The notes under the pieces: generated by a model
Database searches by the model: none
Told to the model about the DNA's origin: nothing
What the model saw: only the letters and a program-made list of their open reading frames with translations
DNA from: Chrysochromulina tobinii
Taxonomy: Eukaryota
Reading direction: 5' to 3'
DNA length: 64,000 nucleotides
Assembly (NCBI GenBank): GCA_001275005.1
Contig: JWZX01003317.1
Span: 1 to 64,000, forward strand
Program-made: the position numbers and the translations under genes
In this document: one piece after another, positions 33,124 through 44,610 of the stretch
Layout of the letters: every line of letters starts with the position of its first letter
Position numbering within the stretch: position 1 is the stretch's first letter

Positions 33124-34773
33124 TCAAAAGAGAATACTCAAGAGAGAGCTCCTGCTCCGCTGACCACGTAGCGAGGAGAGCGCCTGGTCGCCACCGCCGG
33201 CGGCCTCGGCCTCGGTGACACGCGACCAGAGAGCAAGTGCGAGGATGGCTCGCGCGACGCTCGCTTCGCTACCGTCGCCGAGGGAGGAGGGCGGCGAGGG
33301 CGAAGAGCGTGGCGAGAACGTCGAAGGTAGCGAAGGTGGCGAGGGTGGCGCACCCTCGCTGCGAAGGTAGGCAGCGAGCTCGACAGCCTTGGCAGCCTCC
33401 CACCGGTTCCATGCAGCCCCGTCCTCGAGCTCAGCCGGTAAACCACTCGTCGCGAGCCACAGGGCATGGTCGAGCCTCGCCTTGCCGAGCCGCGTGTCGA
33501 GGCGGGCGTGCATCGCGTGCAAGCTGCTCTGGACCTCCGTGAGCATCTCTGCCGCGCGCTCTGACGGAGAAGGCTCTGGCTCAGGCGAGGACGCCGCCGG
33601 CCGCTGCGCCGGAGCCGAAGCCCACGCCTTTCCTCCAAGCCCGAGCAACGACAGACCTCGCTCAGCTAGGAGAGCGAGGCCAAGGAGCGAGAAGGCGCCG
33701 CTGCCCACCGTCGCCGTCGCCTCGGGCTCGGCCGCGCTATCATTGCCCGCCAACTCCGCCGCCGCGCGCACAGCCGCCCGCATCGCAGCCGCGTCATCCG
33801 AGTCAGCCTCGAGCCTCGCAAAGAAGCTCGCGGGCGGCGGTTGTTCCGGCTCGAGCTGTTCCAGTACGGGGCGCAGAGCCGGGTGCTCGAGCACCTCGTG
33901 TGCAGAGATGCGCACCTTCGGGTCGAGTGTGAGCAGCCGGCTGAGCAGCTCGCGCACGCCCGATGAGCACGCGCCCTCGGGCGGCGGCGCGTATTGCGCC
34001 TTGCAGATGCGCTCGAGCACAAGCCCCATCGACTCTGCGTAAAAGGCGGGCGCGAGGCAGATGATCTCGTAGAGGACGCAGCCGAGTGACCACAGGTCGC
34101 TCGCGCTCCCGTACGGCTGGTGCAGGCAGATCTCGGGCGACATGTAGAAGGGCGAGCCCACGCGCGAGGTGATCGCTTCTTGCTCGACGGTCAGGCGCGC
34201 GAGCCCAAAGTCGCCTAGCTTGAGCGTGCGGTCGGCCGTGACGAAGATGTTAGAAGTCTTGACGTCGCGGTGCAGGATGTGCTGCTTGTGCAGATGCGAG
34301 AGCGCAAGGCACAGCTGCGCCAACCACGCGAGCACCTGCGCCTCCGGCACATGCTCGCCACGCCGCCGCAGCTCGATGAGCAGCGAGTGCAGATCGCCTT
34401 GACCGCAGTACTCAGTCACCATGCCCAACTGACCGGGCGACGGTCTCAGCATCTCCACGACGGGGATGATGAACGGATGCTTTTGCGACGTGAGCAGCAG
34501 CACCTCCTGAGGCTCGTCGAGAGCGGCGGCGTCCAACTCGCGGTCTAAGTGCAGCTCCTTGAGCACATACAGCCGGCTGGAGTCGCCCGAGACGCGCCGC
34601 ACGAGCCACACGGTTGCCGTCGTCGCCTGGCTGATGCGGCGAATGCACCGGTATTGGGACTCGGCCCAGGCAGGGAAGGGGTTGCCGGATGGAGTTGCCG
34701 ATACGGCTCGCATTGTGCACCCTTTCTCCGTTTTCCCACAGTGTGAGGACGCTCGGCGTGTGTGTCCCCCCAT
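33124..34773 (-). CDS. NIMA-related (NEK) Ser/Thr kinase
   Basis: YVLK, EYC..GDL, VLAWLAQLCLAL.HLH..HILHRDVKTSNIF, LGDFG, GSPFYMSPEIC..PY...SDLWSLGC. Confidence 0.9.
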   Translation of the reverse strand: MGGHTRRASSHCGKTEKGCTMRAVSATPSGNPFPAWAESQYRCIRRISQATTATVWLVRRVSGDSSRLYVLKELHLDRELDAAALDEPQEVLLLTSQKHPFIIPVVEMLRPSPGQLGMVTEYCGQGDLHSLLIELRRRGEHVPEAQVLAWLAQLCLALSHLHKQHILHRDVKTSNIFVTADRTLKLGDFGLARLTVEQEAITSRVGSPFYMSPEICLHQPYGSASDLWSLGCVLYEIICLAPAFYAESMGLVLERICKAQYAPPPEGACSSGVRELLSRLLTLDPKVRISAHEVLEHPALRPVLEQLEPEQPPPASFFARLEADSDDAAAMRAAVRAAAELAGNDSAAEPEATATVGSGAFSLLGLALLAERGLSLLGLGGKAWASAPAQRPAASSPEPEPSPSERAAEMLTEVQSSLHAMHARLDTRLGKARLDHALWLATSGLPAELEDGAAWNRWEAAKAVELAAYLRSEGAPPSPPSLPSTFSPRSSPSPPSSLGDGSEASVARAILALALWSRVTEAEAAGGGDQALSSLRGQRSRSSLLSILF

Positions 34774-34896
34774 TCACCTTGGGTTGCGTGTGACCCGGCG
34801 TAATTCGTCGATCTTCACGGCGGAATTCGGCGGAATTCGATCACGAATCGTCACAAACCTCGTCCACTTTGTTGCGTGCGTGATGTGGGTGCGTAC

Positions 34897-36219
34897 ATGG
34901 CAGAACAGCTCGTGTACAACAAATCTGCTCTCATGCTTGAGCTGCGTGACCTGCATAAGGACGACTCTGACACGGAGGCAGACTCCCTTGTCTCCTCTTT
35001 CTCAAACGCACTGAGCGTCGCCGATGAAGCTGGACCAAGTGCTCTAACAGCACCACCAGCCAAGGTGCACGAGCTCGAGGTCGGCGCCGAAAAGGTGCGG
35101 CAGGAGCTCGCTGTGCAGCAGCGCATGCTGGCGCCCACGTCTTGCGAGTCGGTCTTTGCCACGGCACTGCATCAGGCGCTCAGTGACGGCGGTAGGCAGA
35201 ATCTCAAGAGCTTGCAGGAGCTCCGTGAATATGCCCAGCGAGAGGCCGAGGCGCACCCTGAGCGCTGGACGAGCCCGCACGCCGCACGCGAGATCGATCG
35301 CATCGCGGCAGAGCGCATTGCAGCAATCCAGACTGCGACAGAGCGCGTGTACACCGGCATGGTGCGGTCCGCGGTACCCACACACGGCACGGCGGCGCTC
35401 GAGGCGATGGCGGCGTGCCGTCAACTGCGGGAGGTGGTCGTGCTTCCGGACGATGTGGTTGCGCGCCTCGAGGAGGCGTACGAGCAATCGGCAATCGTCG
35501 TGCTGCAGGCCGTGCTGAGCATGCTGAATGGGCACCTCAAGTCAGCGCTCACGCCGACCTCGCTTCTGGGCGCATGGGACCCTCGTTGGCTGCGTGGCAC
35601 GCTCAGCGCTGAGTACCTCCACCGGCTGCGTCAGCTCGTGCAAGTGGCCGAACGGGCGGTGGGATTGGCGAACGTGACCAAGCACCGACTGGCGGAGGCG
35701 ACACAGCTGCGGACCGCGGTGGACGACCGGCTGCGGGCTGTGAACAGCCTTCTGAGGCAAGCCGCCGAGGACGGCACCTATGTGAGCGCGCTGCGGGGGC
35801 GCTGCCGGCGTGTGCAGCTGCCGCAGCCTGAGGAATGGTTGAGGAGAGACGGCACCGGAGGCGCGGGCGGCAGCAATGGTGATCGCGACAGCGGCGAGAC
35901 CATCGCGCTAGAGACTATCGTCGCCTTCGCCGAGCGCTTCGAGCAGGCGGCGCAGCATGCCCGCGACGTGCACCGGCGCGAGCTGGACCAGCTCCGATCG
36001 AGCTGGTCCACCGCTTCGAGCAGCGCGGGCGCTCAGATCCTCGGGGAGCGTGAGCAGCTGCATCGGCGCATCGCCTCTCTCGAGGCGGCGAACGCGCAGC
36101 AGAGCTCAGAGATCTCTCGCCTCACCGAGCTACTCACCGCCGCGCGTGTACCCTTCTCGCCGCCTCATGGGCATCGGACACCGGGGAGTCCGGGTGGCGC
36201 CTTGGGCGGGGGAGCGTAA
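34897..36219 (+). CDS. Hypothetical helical protein
   Basis: ~440-codon ORF with GC3 bias, divergent from the NEK gene. Confidence 0.7.
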   Translation: MAEQLVYNKSALMLELRDLHKDDSDTEADSLVSSFSNALSVADEAGPSALTAPPAKVHELEVGAEKVRQELAVQQRMLAPTSCESVFATALHQALSDGGRQNLKSLQELREYAQREAEAHPERWTSPHAAREIDRIAAERIAAIQTATERVYTGMVRSAVPTHGTAALEAMAACRQLREVVVLPDDVVARLEEAYEQSAIVVLQAVLSMLNGHLKSALTPTSLLGAWDPRWLRGTLSAEYLHRLRQLVQVAERAVGLANVTKHRLAEATQLRTAVDDRLRAVNSLLRQAAEDGTYVSALRGRCRRVQLPQPEEWLRRDGTGGAGGSNGDRDSGETIALETIVAFAERFEQAAQHARDVHRRELDQLRSSWSTASSSAGAQILGEREQLHRRIASLEAANAQQSSEISRLTELLTAARVPFSPPHGHRTPGSPGGALGGGA

Positions 36220-36582
36220 GCACTTCCAGCGCCCTTCGGCATCACGCATGTGGCAAGGTCAAGGGAGGGTCGAGGCAACACCAACTGGCGTCTGCTCTCT
36301 TGCTGCTTTAACCCACAGCGCACAGAGTAGAAGACTGAGCGTGGAGAGTGTGTCTGACGAGTTCGAGGAGGACCGCCGGTTCGAAGGACCGGACGTCGTA
36401 TGTGCTCGCGTGCGCAGTGGGCACTTAACGTATGTCGCACTCGAATGTTGCACACGCTTCACACGATACCCTTCACAGATCCACCTCCCGAACACAATCA
36501 CCGCGATCGCACCGTCAACTTACGTTAAGTCAGTCGCTGAACTACTACCTGAACGCTCGAGAGCTGCCGATCACGATCGTGT

Positions 36583-39500
36583 TTACCGCTCTACCCCCAA
36601 GGCTCCCTCCAGTAACGCTCGACGCATGTCAATCGGCTGCATGCAGGTCGGGCACACTGTCCTGATTCTGATCCACGTGGCGGCACAGTCCGCGTGAAAC
36701 TGGTGACCACAGCGTAGGGTTGAGACGGGCCTTGGCGGGGGCTTAGGGCTGGGTGTGACGGGCGCGGGCGAGATCGCGGGCGCAGGCGTGGGAGCCGGCT
36801 CCCAGGGCCATCGAATGTAGGACGACGCGGGTGCAGCCGGAGCGGAGCCTGGTGCTGTGGTCGCCGCCTTATCTCGCTCGAGCTCGCGCTGGAGCTCGTC
36901 GCGCCTGCGCGTCTGCCTCTCAAGCGTGACGCCGAGGCTCGTCATACGCTGGGTCGCGGTCGCTGCTTTTGCCACGTCAGTGGCCTGTTTCGTCAGCTGC
37001 TCCGCCACTGCGTGGAGCGCCTTCTGCTTCTGTGCCCCCGCCCCGAGTAGGTTCCACTTCTGGTTCGCCTTGTCGGCCTGCTTCTGGGCCAGCTCAAGCG
37101 CTTGCTTATCCTGCTCGACGATCCGCTTGAGCTCCGCATCCTGCGCCTTGGCAGCTTGTACCTCCCTCTCGAGATCATGCACCTCCCTCTCGAGATCATG
37201 CACCTCCCTCTCGAGATCATGCACCTTCCGAAGGGCCTCCTCGAGCTTCTCACGGCACGTGTGTGTGTCTTTCAAGCCCACCGGCGAGGTTGCGGGCACC
37301 TCCGCCACGTCGTCCTCATCCTCCCTGAGCGCCTCTTGGCAGATGGCACAGGTTTCCGTCTCATAGACCCTCTCAGGCTCCGGTGCCGCTGCAAGCGCGG
37401 CGGCGAGGCGGGCGGTGCCCTGGGGCTGCCTTTTGAGATTGCGGAGGGTTTCTTGCACCGCAGCCTGCTCTTGCCGTGCTCGGTGCGAGGCTTGTGCTGC
37501 GAAGTAGAGATAGGCGCCCAGAAGCAGCGCGGCGACGGGCAGCAGCCGTGCGGAGCCTCGCTCGAAGATGAGGACCACGCCGGCTTCGACCGCAGCGAGC
37601 GCTCGGGGCGGTGGCAGGATGGGCGATGCCTTGACGATGATGACGAAGAGGAGCCAGATGGCGAGGCTGAACGCAGGCTGCGCATGCAGCTGGCCGGCGG
37701 AGGTGAAGGATGCTTCGAGGGCCGCCATCTGTTCCTCGGCAGCGGCCAGTACGCCTCGAGTGACACTTGCCGCCACAGATGGCACGACCGGCAATGGACC
37801 GGCAATGAACGCCGCCGTGAGGCGGACAACGGCCGCAGCCCTTGTCGACACGTGCGTCAGCTGAGATGTCACCACGGCCAGCGAGGGAAAGGCAGCCACC
37901 GAGCCCACTAGTGGCGCCCAAATGCCCGATCGATGGATGGCGTAGGCAGCCGTAGCCAAGAGTGCACTGAGGAACAGTGACGCCATCGGCGAGTGCCAAA
38001 TCACTTGCAGCGGGTGGAGCACCAGACGATCGAAGACAAGGAAGACAACGCTCATCACATGCCGAAGCAGCGACGTCGCCAAATGGAAGACCACGCCAAA
38101 GACACGGTGCAGTAAGCCCAATGCGCCCAGGACGGTGTGACGAACCAGCTGGCGCAGCGTGTGGAGCCGCTCGCTCACGAAGCGGGCGAGCAGGACGAGT
38201 ATTTTCGACGCTGCCGGGCCAATCGTCCCAAGTAGCGAGCTGACGCCGAGGTCAACGTTCCGGATGCCCCACGCTCCCCACGCCTGTAGCCGAGGCCTGC
38301 CGAGCGAGTAGCCGGCAAGCAGGAGGCCGACGGAGCCTGTAGCCCATGCACCCAAGGCCGAAGAGAGCACGATGAGCGCCGGAGTGAGCGCCGGGCTCCT
38401 CGCACCGATTACGCCAGCGCTCTGGAGAGGCCGATGGCCAGTTGCGATCAACTCGAGAGCCGCCGCACGTGTGAAGAGGGCCGCACTCATTAGGGCGAAG
38501 CCACAGCTGAGCAATGGCCAGTGTCGCGCGGCCATCATGGCGAGGGGCTTGAGCACTGTGTGAGCCAAGGGCACAAGCAGCCCGTCGCGAATGGCGCGCG
38601 CGAGGGGCACGAGCACGTGCACGCGCAGCCGCCTCGCAGCCGCTACGCAGGCGCCGCCCACGCGATCGAGCCAACGCCGCACCGCCCGAATGCAGATCAT
38701 GGCCACGCTCGTACCTTGCCGAGCGACCATGCGGATGCCGCGCCGCAGAGTCTGCAGACCGCTCGCGAACCAACGCCAGACGGCACGGCCGACGCTGGCC
38801 AGCACGCGGTAGCACGCGCCGCCCGCAGCGCAACACAGCCGAGTGGCAGGTCGAATGAGCACCCTCCACATGGCGCTCGAGACGGCGCGCCTGTACGCAT
38901 GCATCGCGTCCCACAGCCGCAGCAGCACGCTCTGCAACGCGTGGATCACCACGCGCAAGAGACCGAGGCCGTGGCTGGCGGCGGCACGAGCGCGCTCCGA
39001 AGCAGCAGCCACCGCGCGGATGCAGAAGGCCTTTGCAGCCTTCGCTACCAGCACCTCGGAGTGCCAGCAGACGGTAGACCCTGCGAGCAGCACGACCGCG
39101 CCGATGGCGCCCTCAAACAAGCGTGCAAAGAGCGTGTCATGCTCCTCACTGAGTGCGGGGTACTCTGCAGGTCCGCAGCAGATTGGTGGCTCTCGGAGGG
39201 CAAGTCGCAGGAGGAGGTGCCCTAGAGCTACTGGGCAGATCCCATCCCGGACCAAGTGCACGCTCGCGGCTGGCGGCGTGAAGATCAGACGGCGCAGCGC
39301 CTGTAGTGGCGCACTGAAAGGGAGACGCGCCACGCAGATGAGCGGGACCGGCCTGCCGTGGACAAGGAGCAGGTCGCGTAGGAACAGCTCTGTGCTGCCA
39401 GCTGCGCACATGAGGGCACAGAGCGTCCGGGCGAAGCTGGCCGCGCATGTGGCCCCATACAGCGACAAGACGCGCACGAAGAGGCGCAGCGGTAGAGGGC

Positions 39501-41040
39501 TCCAGCACAGCGCCACGCCGATCTGGCTACCAGCGCTGGCACACTCTGCGACCAGGGCCGCCGGAGCAGGCCACGCGGCGCCGAGCTCGGCGTGCAGCCC
39601 AGCGCCCGCGAGGGCGCCCAGGAGCACGCCAGCGAGCGTGCGCCATCGACGGCTCGAGAGACGAGCGAGCGAGCCCGTGGGCGCAACGACGCACCTGATC
39701 GCGACGCGCTGGAGCACTGGCGCCAAGAAGAGCATCTTCCGGTACACGACACGCAGCACGTTGGCGGCAAGGCGGATCGGTGCACTGACCCACGAGAGCA
39801 ACGGCCCGCTGCCTGTGGCGACACCGAGGAGCCAAAGAGAGAGCCAAGCACTGAGCGCGCTGGCAACCTTTACGGCGAGGAGGCAGCGCCGATGCAGATG
39901 TGGGCACTCGTCCGAAACCATCGCGTGGCCAGTACTCAGCGTGCGGTTGAAAAGACGAGCGAGCATGTGCCCGACTTGGAGCGCGGGACGGCGGGCCTCC
40001 GCCTCCTCCTGCTGCCAGCCATGCAGCTGCTGCGCCGTCGCACAGAGCGCAAGCGCGACGAGCGCGCCGACGCCCGCGCCCACGAGCAGCGCAGCGGAGG
40101 CCATGCTGCCAACCGCTTGGCTACGCGAGATCAGCTCGGTGGGACTCGGACCCCGTGCTACAAGCAATGCGAGCCATATGAGTGGCGCGCCGCTCGGGAC
40201 GACATGGGCCGTGAAGCGTAGGTACTGCGCCGTCTGCGCTGCATATGCCAGCCATGCATCTTCGGCAATGGCTGCGGCCATAGCCACAAGAGATAGCGTG
40301 GCGAGTGGTCGAATGGCACGCTGGAGCCGAGGCGCTAGTGCGCGCATGCCGGCGAGCACCGGTCGCAGCACGACCCCGAGCACGGGCCAGGAGACGGAGA
40401 TGAGCGAGACCATGGCGACCAGGCCCGAGAGGACTAGAACCGGCCACGCGTCACGAGCAAAGGTACCTTGCGGACCAAACCACACGAGCGCGTCGTGAGA
40501 GGCGGCTCTCAGAGCCGAGGGCACCTCGGCTGCCGCGCCGAGCGCTTCTCGGAGCTTCGATTGCTTGTCAGTCGTGCTCGTCTTTCCTGGACCCACGATG
40601 CGGAGAATACATGCCATGAAGCATGATGGCGGTAATGTTGGTGGTGATGGTGGTGGAAGTGGAGGAGGAGGCAGACGAGGCGCAGAGGGAGCCGAAGCCA
40701 TACTGTAGGAAGGCGTCGTTTGCTCGGCTTCCAAATCCGATCGGAACACAACACTCAAGATGGCCACACAGGTGGTCAGGAGAGCACTCCTGCCGAATGG
40801 CATTTGTGATGCTCTGAGAGCACCCCCAAGCAAGAAGAGCGGAATGATGCGCAAGCTCAAGATCCACACGATTCCTAGTAGTCCTGCTACGATCAGAGCG
40901 AGTACCAAGAGAAGTACCACGGTGGCTCGCGACGGAAGCCAGTTGACTGCCCTCATAAAGGACCAGGGCACCAGTGTGGCCGGCCCGGGCGAAGTCGAGC
41001 GCAGGGCGTGCGCGAGCGTGAATTCATACCTTGAATTCAT
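36583..41040 (-). CDS. Multi-pass membrane protein with C-terminal RING-H2 (putative E3 ligase)
   Basis: 1485-codon ORF, many hydrophobic segments; CAIC...CGHQFHADC...W.....CPTC; 21-bp repeat (VHDLERE)x3 at ~37161-37225. Confidence 0.8.
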   Translation of the reverse strand: MNSRYEFTLAHALRSTSPGPATLVPWSFMRAVNWLPSRATVVLLLVLALIVAGLLGIVWILSLRIIPLFLLGGALRASQMPFGRSALLTTCVAILSVVFRSDLEAEQTTPSYSMASAPSAPRLPPPPLPPPSPPTLPPSCFMACILRIVGPGKTSTTDKQSKLREALGAAAEVPSALRAASHDALVWFGPQGTFARDAWPVLVLSGLVAMVSLISVSWPVLGVVLRPVLAGMRALAPRLQRAIRPLATLSLVAMAAAIAEDAWLAYAAQTAQYLRFTAHVVPSGAPLIWLALLVARGPSPTELISRSQAVGSMASAALLVGAGVGALVALALCATAQQLHGWQQEEAEARRPALQVGHMLARLFNRTLSTGHAMVSDECPHLHRRCLLAVKVASALSAWLSLWLLGVATGSGPLLSWVSAPIRLAANVLRVVYRKMLFLAPVLQRVAIRCVVAPTGSLARLSSRRWRTLAGVLLGALAGAGLHAELGAAWPAPAALVAECASAGSQIGVALCWSPLPLRLFVRVLSLYGATCAASFARTLCALMCAAGSTELFLRDLLLVHGRPVPLICVARLPFSAPLQALRRLIFTPPAASVHLVRDGICPVALGHLLLRLALREPPICCGPAEYPALSEEHDTLFARLFEGAIGAVVLLAGSTVCWHSEVLVAKAAKAFCIRAVAAASERARAAASHGLGLLRVVIHALQSVLLRLWDAMHAYRRAVSSAMWRVLIRPATRLCCAAGGACYRVLASVGRAVWRWFASGLQTLRRGIRMVARQGTSVAMICIRAVRRWLDRVGGACVAAARRLRVHVLVPLARAIRDGLLVPLAHTVLKPLAMMAARHWPLLSCGFALMSAALFTRAAALELIATGHRPLQSAGVIGARSPALTPALIVLSSALGAWATGSVGLLLAGYSLGRPRLQAWGAWGIRNVDLGVSSLLGTIGPAASKILVLLARFVSERLHTLRQLVRHTVLGALGLLHRVFGVVFHLATSLLRHVMSVVFLVFDRLVLHPLQVIWHSPMASLFLSALLATAAYAIHRSGIWAPLVGSVAAFPSLAVVTSQLTHVSTRAAAVVRLTAAFIAGPLPVVPSVAASVTRGVLAAAEEQMAALEASFTSAGQLHAQPAFSLAIWLLFVIIVKASPILPPPRALAAVEAGVVLIFERGSARLLPVAALLLGAYLYFAAQASHRARQEQAAVQETLRNLKRQPQGTARLAAALAAAPEPERVYETETCAICQEALREDEDDVAEVPATSPVGLKDTHTCREKLEEALRKVHDLEREVHDLEREVHDLEREVQAAKAQDAELKRIVEQDKQALELAQKQADKANQKWNLLGAGAQKQKALHAVAEQLTKQATDVAKAATATQRMTSLGVTLERQTRRRDELQRELERDKAATTAPGSAPAAPASSYIRWPWEPAPTPAPAISPAPVTPSPKPPPRPVSTLRCGHQFHADCAATWIRIRTVCPTCMQPIDMRRALLEGALGVER

Positions 41041-41603
41041 ACATATACCGGTAGCTGTGAATCACACCGCGTCCGGCTCCGCGAGTTATAAGGAAGTAAA
41101 CAGTATAAGAATCGTGGCGTTCAAGATGAAGACGTAACACCATTTTCTGGGGTTTTGCATGCTAATCGTCGAAAGAGAGGGGCGGACACGCGTATGAAAA
41201 AATTGAAAATGAATACGCTTGTGAGGCGTCTTGGTTGTCACATCATCAGCTCAGAAAAAGCAGCTCGGCCATGCGAGATGCATTCTTTCTCACCGCATAC
41301 GGCTTTAGCCGCTTAAATAAGTTTACATGTCATGACATGTACTCGCTTTTACGGTTAAAGGCGAAAAGCTGTACACGCGCTCACGTGTATACAGTCTTGG
41401 AGGAGCGGGCCTTGTTCGTAGTTCATTCCTTATCCTTTGTTATACAGCCGGTCAGTATTCAACCTAGGTGCCTTCAACTAGGGGTACCTCTCGTGCACTC
41501 GTCTTCTCATGTACGAGGGTCAAGAAGCGGTTAAACGGGGGGGGCGGATACGTATCGGCTAGAAGTCGCTGGATGGCTCAGATACTGCGTTATTTACTGG
41601 AGA

Positions 41604-43040
41604 TCATACAACATGGAGAGACGCATTGCAGAAGTGGAAGTAGACCTCCCCAAACACTTCCACGTGGTCATATGGTCCTAGCACCCCGGTCTTGGTCTTG
41701 TTGCGAGCCGCTAGCTCAGCATGGAGTCGACCAAAGCCCACACACCAAGGGGAGAAATGAAGCAGGAGGCGCGTAAATGTCTTGCTGTTGGCGCATCCTG
41801 CACGACTTACATTGTTACTTACATTGAGTGACGATGCCGGGTCCCTCAAGTCGCCCTTTGCATAAACCTTTGCAAGTCCCATCGCACCATCGTGTAAGAT
41901 GGGCGATGGACGAAAGAGGTCTAAGGCAAACATGCGAAGCCAATCGACATAGTTGACCAAGGGTGGCGCATGGCCGTTCGCCGCGAGAATGCCGCGGCGC
42001 CCGTCGGCGGTAACGTTCCACGAGAGCGCATGAGTGCTTCGATCGAACAGTCGCCACTGCCCTCTACGTGCATCATCTCGAGCAGGGCGTGCCTCATTCC
42101 ATTCCGAGGCTTCTCGACGCAGCTGCGTTTTGTTGTGGAGCAGCGGCAGCAGAAAGCGTTGGTCGAAAGTTTGATTGCGATTGTGCATCCCAAGCGTGGT
42201 TCCGTAAATGAGCACCTGCGGCGACGCGATCAAGTTCGCAAGGCCATCCAGTGCCGTATGCATCAAGTTTGCAACCTGGGCATGCAGCTTCATGTCGTTG
42301 ACATACATCATCCATGCACCAACGCTGGCATACAGGACAGACGGCCGTGCTGAGTCGCTTACCGTTGCCAGATGAGATGTGAGACCCTGAAGCGTCCGCA
42401 GTGCTTGTGTCCATATAGAGGTCCCCACGTACGTCACACGCAAACCCGCCTTGGGCAGAGACACCGTGGACAGGTTGTAGTCACTGCCAAGTGCCACGTA
42501 CGAATCGAACCTGCCGTACGTGGCACTTGCCACGTTCGAACCTGCCGTACAACTCGTCGATCGACTGGAGACCTGATGGCCGCTGGCATTGAACACAAAG
42601 TCAACCAAGCAACGTCGCATCCACTCTAGCTTATCGCCGTGCCTTATGAAGCCATCATGCGTCTCCACACCCAGCCAGAGACTAGGGGCTAGCGCAGCCA
42701 CATCAGACGAGTAAGTAGCAGTGGCGATCATTTGCAGGAGCTCGAGCACAAAGTAGCGTGTGTCACTGTCACCGACGAAGAGAATCCAACCGCCATCGTG
42801 CTGGCCAACGAGCGCATCGCGCAGCTCGGCGAATGAGCTCATCCGCTCAAACTCCGTGCAAGCAGCAGGCCTGCCAGCAGCAAAGGTGATAATTCCGGAT
42901 TGAAGGTTGGCGTGTTTGGGGTCACGTTTGACTGCGGTCCGATCAGCTCTATTGAAGTGCACTGGCAGTAAATCGCACGAGGTGCTGCATACATTTGTGC
43001 ACTGCGTCGGTGACGCGCTAAGCGAGAGGAGAGGCCACAT
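41604..43040 (-). CDS. SGNH/GDS-motif (PC-esterase-like) protein
   Basis: WILFVGDSDTR motif, downstream NGH; 478-codon ORF. Confidence 0.6.
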   Translation of the reverse strand: MWPLLSLSASPTQCTNVCSTSCDLLPVHFNRADRTAVKRDPKHANLQSGIITFAAGRPAACTEFERMSSFAELRDALVGQHDGGWILFVGDSDTRYFVLELLQMIATATYSSDVAALAPSLWLGVETHDGFIRHGDKLEWMRRCLVDFVFNASGHQVSSRSTSCTAGSNVASATYGRFDSYVALGSDYNLSTVSLPKAGLRVTYVGTSIWTQALRTLQGLTSHLATVSDSARPSVLYASVGAWMMYVNDMKLHAQVANLMHTALDGLANLIASPQVLIYGTTLGMHNRNQTFDQRFLLPLLHNKTQLRREASEWNEARPARDDARRGQWRLFDRSTHALSWNVTADGRRGILAANGHAPPLVNYVDWLRMFALDLFRPSPILHDGAMGLAKVYAKGDLRDPASSLNVSNNVSRAGCANSKTFTRLLLHFSPWCVGFGRLHAELAARNKTKTGVLGPYDHVEVFGEVYFHFCNASLHVV

Positions 43041-43314
43041 TATGTACTAGCTTGTAACGATGATGCGCGTCGCAATTTGCATACAATTTGCTTGACTGCA
43101 TGCCAGGGCTCATGAAAAACTTCGGGAAAGGATGACGGATGAAGTGAAATCTGTGGAAATCTGATCCAAAGCGAGCAGGGTCACAAGCATGCAAAGCAGG
43201 CGAAAGAATCGTAGCGTTTAAAAGTTAAACGTGCAACGTTTACTCGAGGATTTGCATGCTTCATCGAAAGAGAGGCGAACGCGGAAGTCTCATCTAGTGC
43301 ACTCATCTAGGAGG

Positions 43315-44570
43315 ATGGCACGCGTCGGTCACTCGCCGCCACTCGCCGCGCTCGGTGCGCACCAGTCTGTCAGCATGTCGGTGAGCATGTCCCGGTCGAC
43401 ATCCCACTCGCCACATGCTCGCGCGTCGCTCGACATATCGGACCCAAGTGCCAACATGCCGATGCTGCTGCGGAGCGTGGAGAGTGTGTACTTCGAGAGC
43501 ATGACCAACGAGGACGCCAAGAACAAGATGCACCGCGAGAAGGTCCACGCCGATGAGCTCAACCGGCGGCTGCGTGAGGATGTCGAGAAGCTCACGCTTC
43601 AGCTGGCGCAGGAGAAGCAGCGGCGCCAGGCCGACCAGTCGCTGCACGGCGACCTCGAGCACAACGCACAGCTCATGGAGGAGATTGTGGAGAAGCAGAA
43701 GGAGGTGTCCGCATGGCACGACGAGGACCATGCGATCCTCAAGGATGTGCACGAGAGCTCGGGATGCCACCGTGACGTGCTCGCGCGCCTCACGCGCGAA
43801 GTCGGCCGCCTCAAGGAGCTGCAGCAGGATCGCACACGGCTTAAGAAGCTTGTGACGACGCTCCAGGGGCGCGTCAAGCAACTCAAGGCGAAGCTGGCTG
43901 AGGCCGAGGCTCACCACAAGCAGCGCGAGACTGAGTTACGCGCAGAGGTAGCGGCGACCCACGACCAGCTGCGCGCGGCTTCGGCGGAAGCGGAGCGCGT
44001 GGCGTCCGCGCAGCTGGAGGCGCTGCGCGTGGAGCACGATGTGAGCGCGGCCGCAGCGGCGGCCACCCACGAGTCGCACGGCACAGCAATGATCGCGGCG
44101 ATCGCGGCCGAGCTAACGGCCGCCGAGGGCGCCCTGCACGCCAAGATAGTCGAGGTGCGACGCGTCTCGTCCGAATCGGTCGACCTGGTGACTCAGCTGA
44201 AGCACGAGGCGGCGCAGACGCTCGCTGACGCGCAGGCGCATGCCAAGGCCGAGCACGAGACGCTTCGTCAGGAGAAGGAGGCGCTCGCGGTCGAGCTGAG
44301 CGTGCTGCAGCAGCGTCAGAACGAGCTGCTCGCGCAGCGCGCGGCGGCGGCGCACGCGCACGATGAACAGAGTGCGTTGCTCACGGAGCAGGTGCAGTCC
44401 ATGCGCGCTGAGGTGAGCGCCAAGGGCGCAGCCATCGACTCCGCAGCGGCCGAGCTCGATGCGCTGCGCTCGCAAAGCGCGCAGGTGCAGGTGGCACTCG
44501 AGGCGGCGCAGGCCGAGACGGCGCGGCTCGGAGCAACGGTCGAGAGGCTCGAGGAGGACAAAGTGCGCGC

Positions 44571-44610
<40 letters not shown>

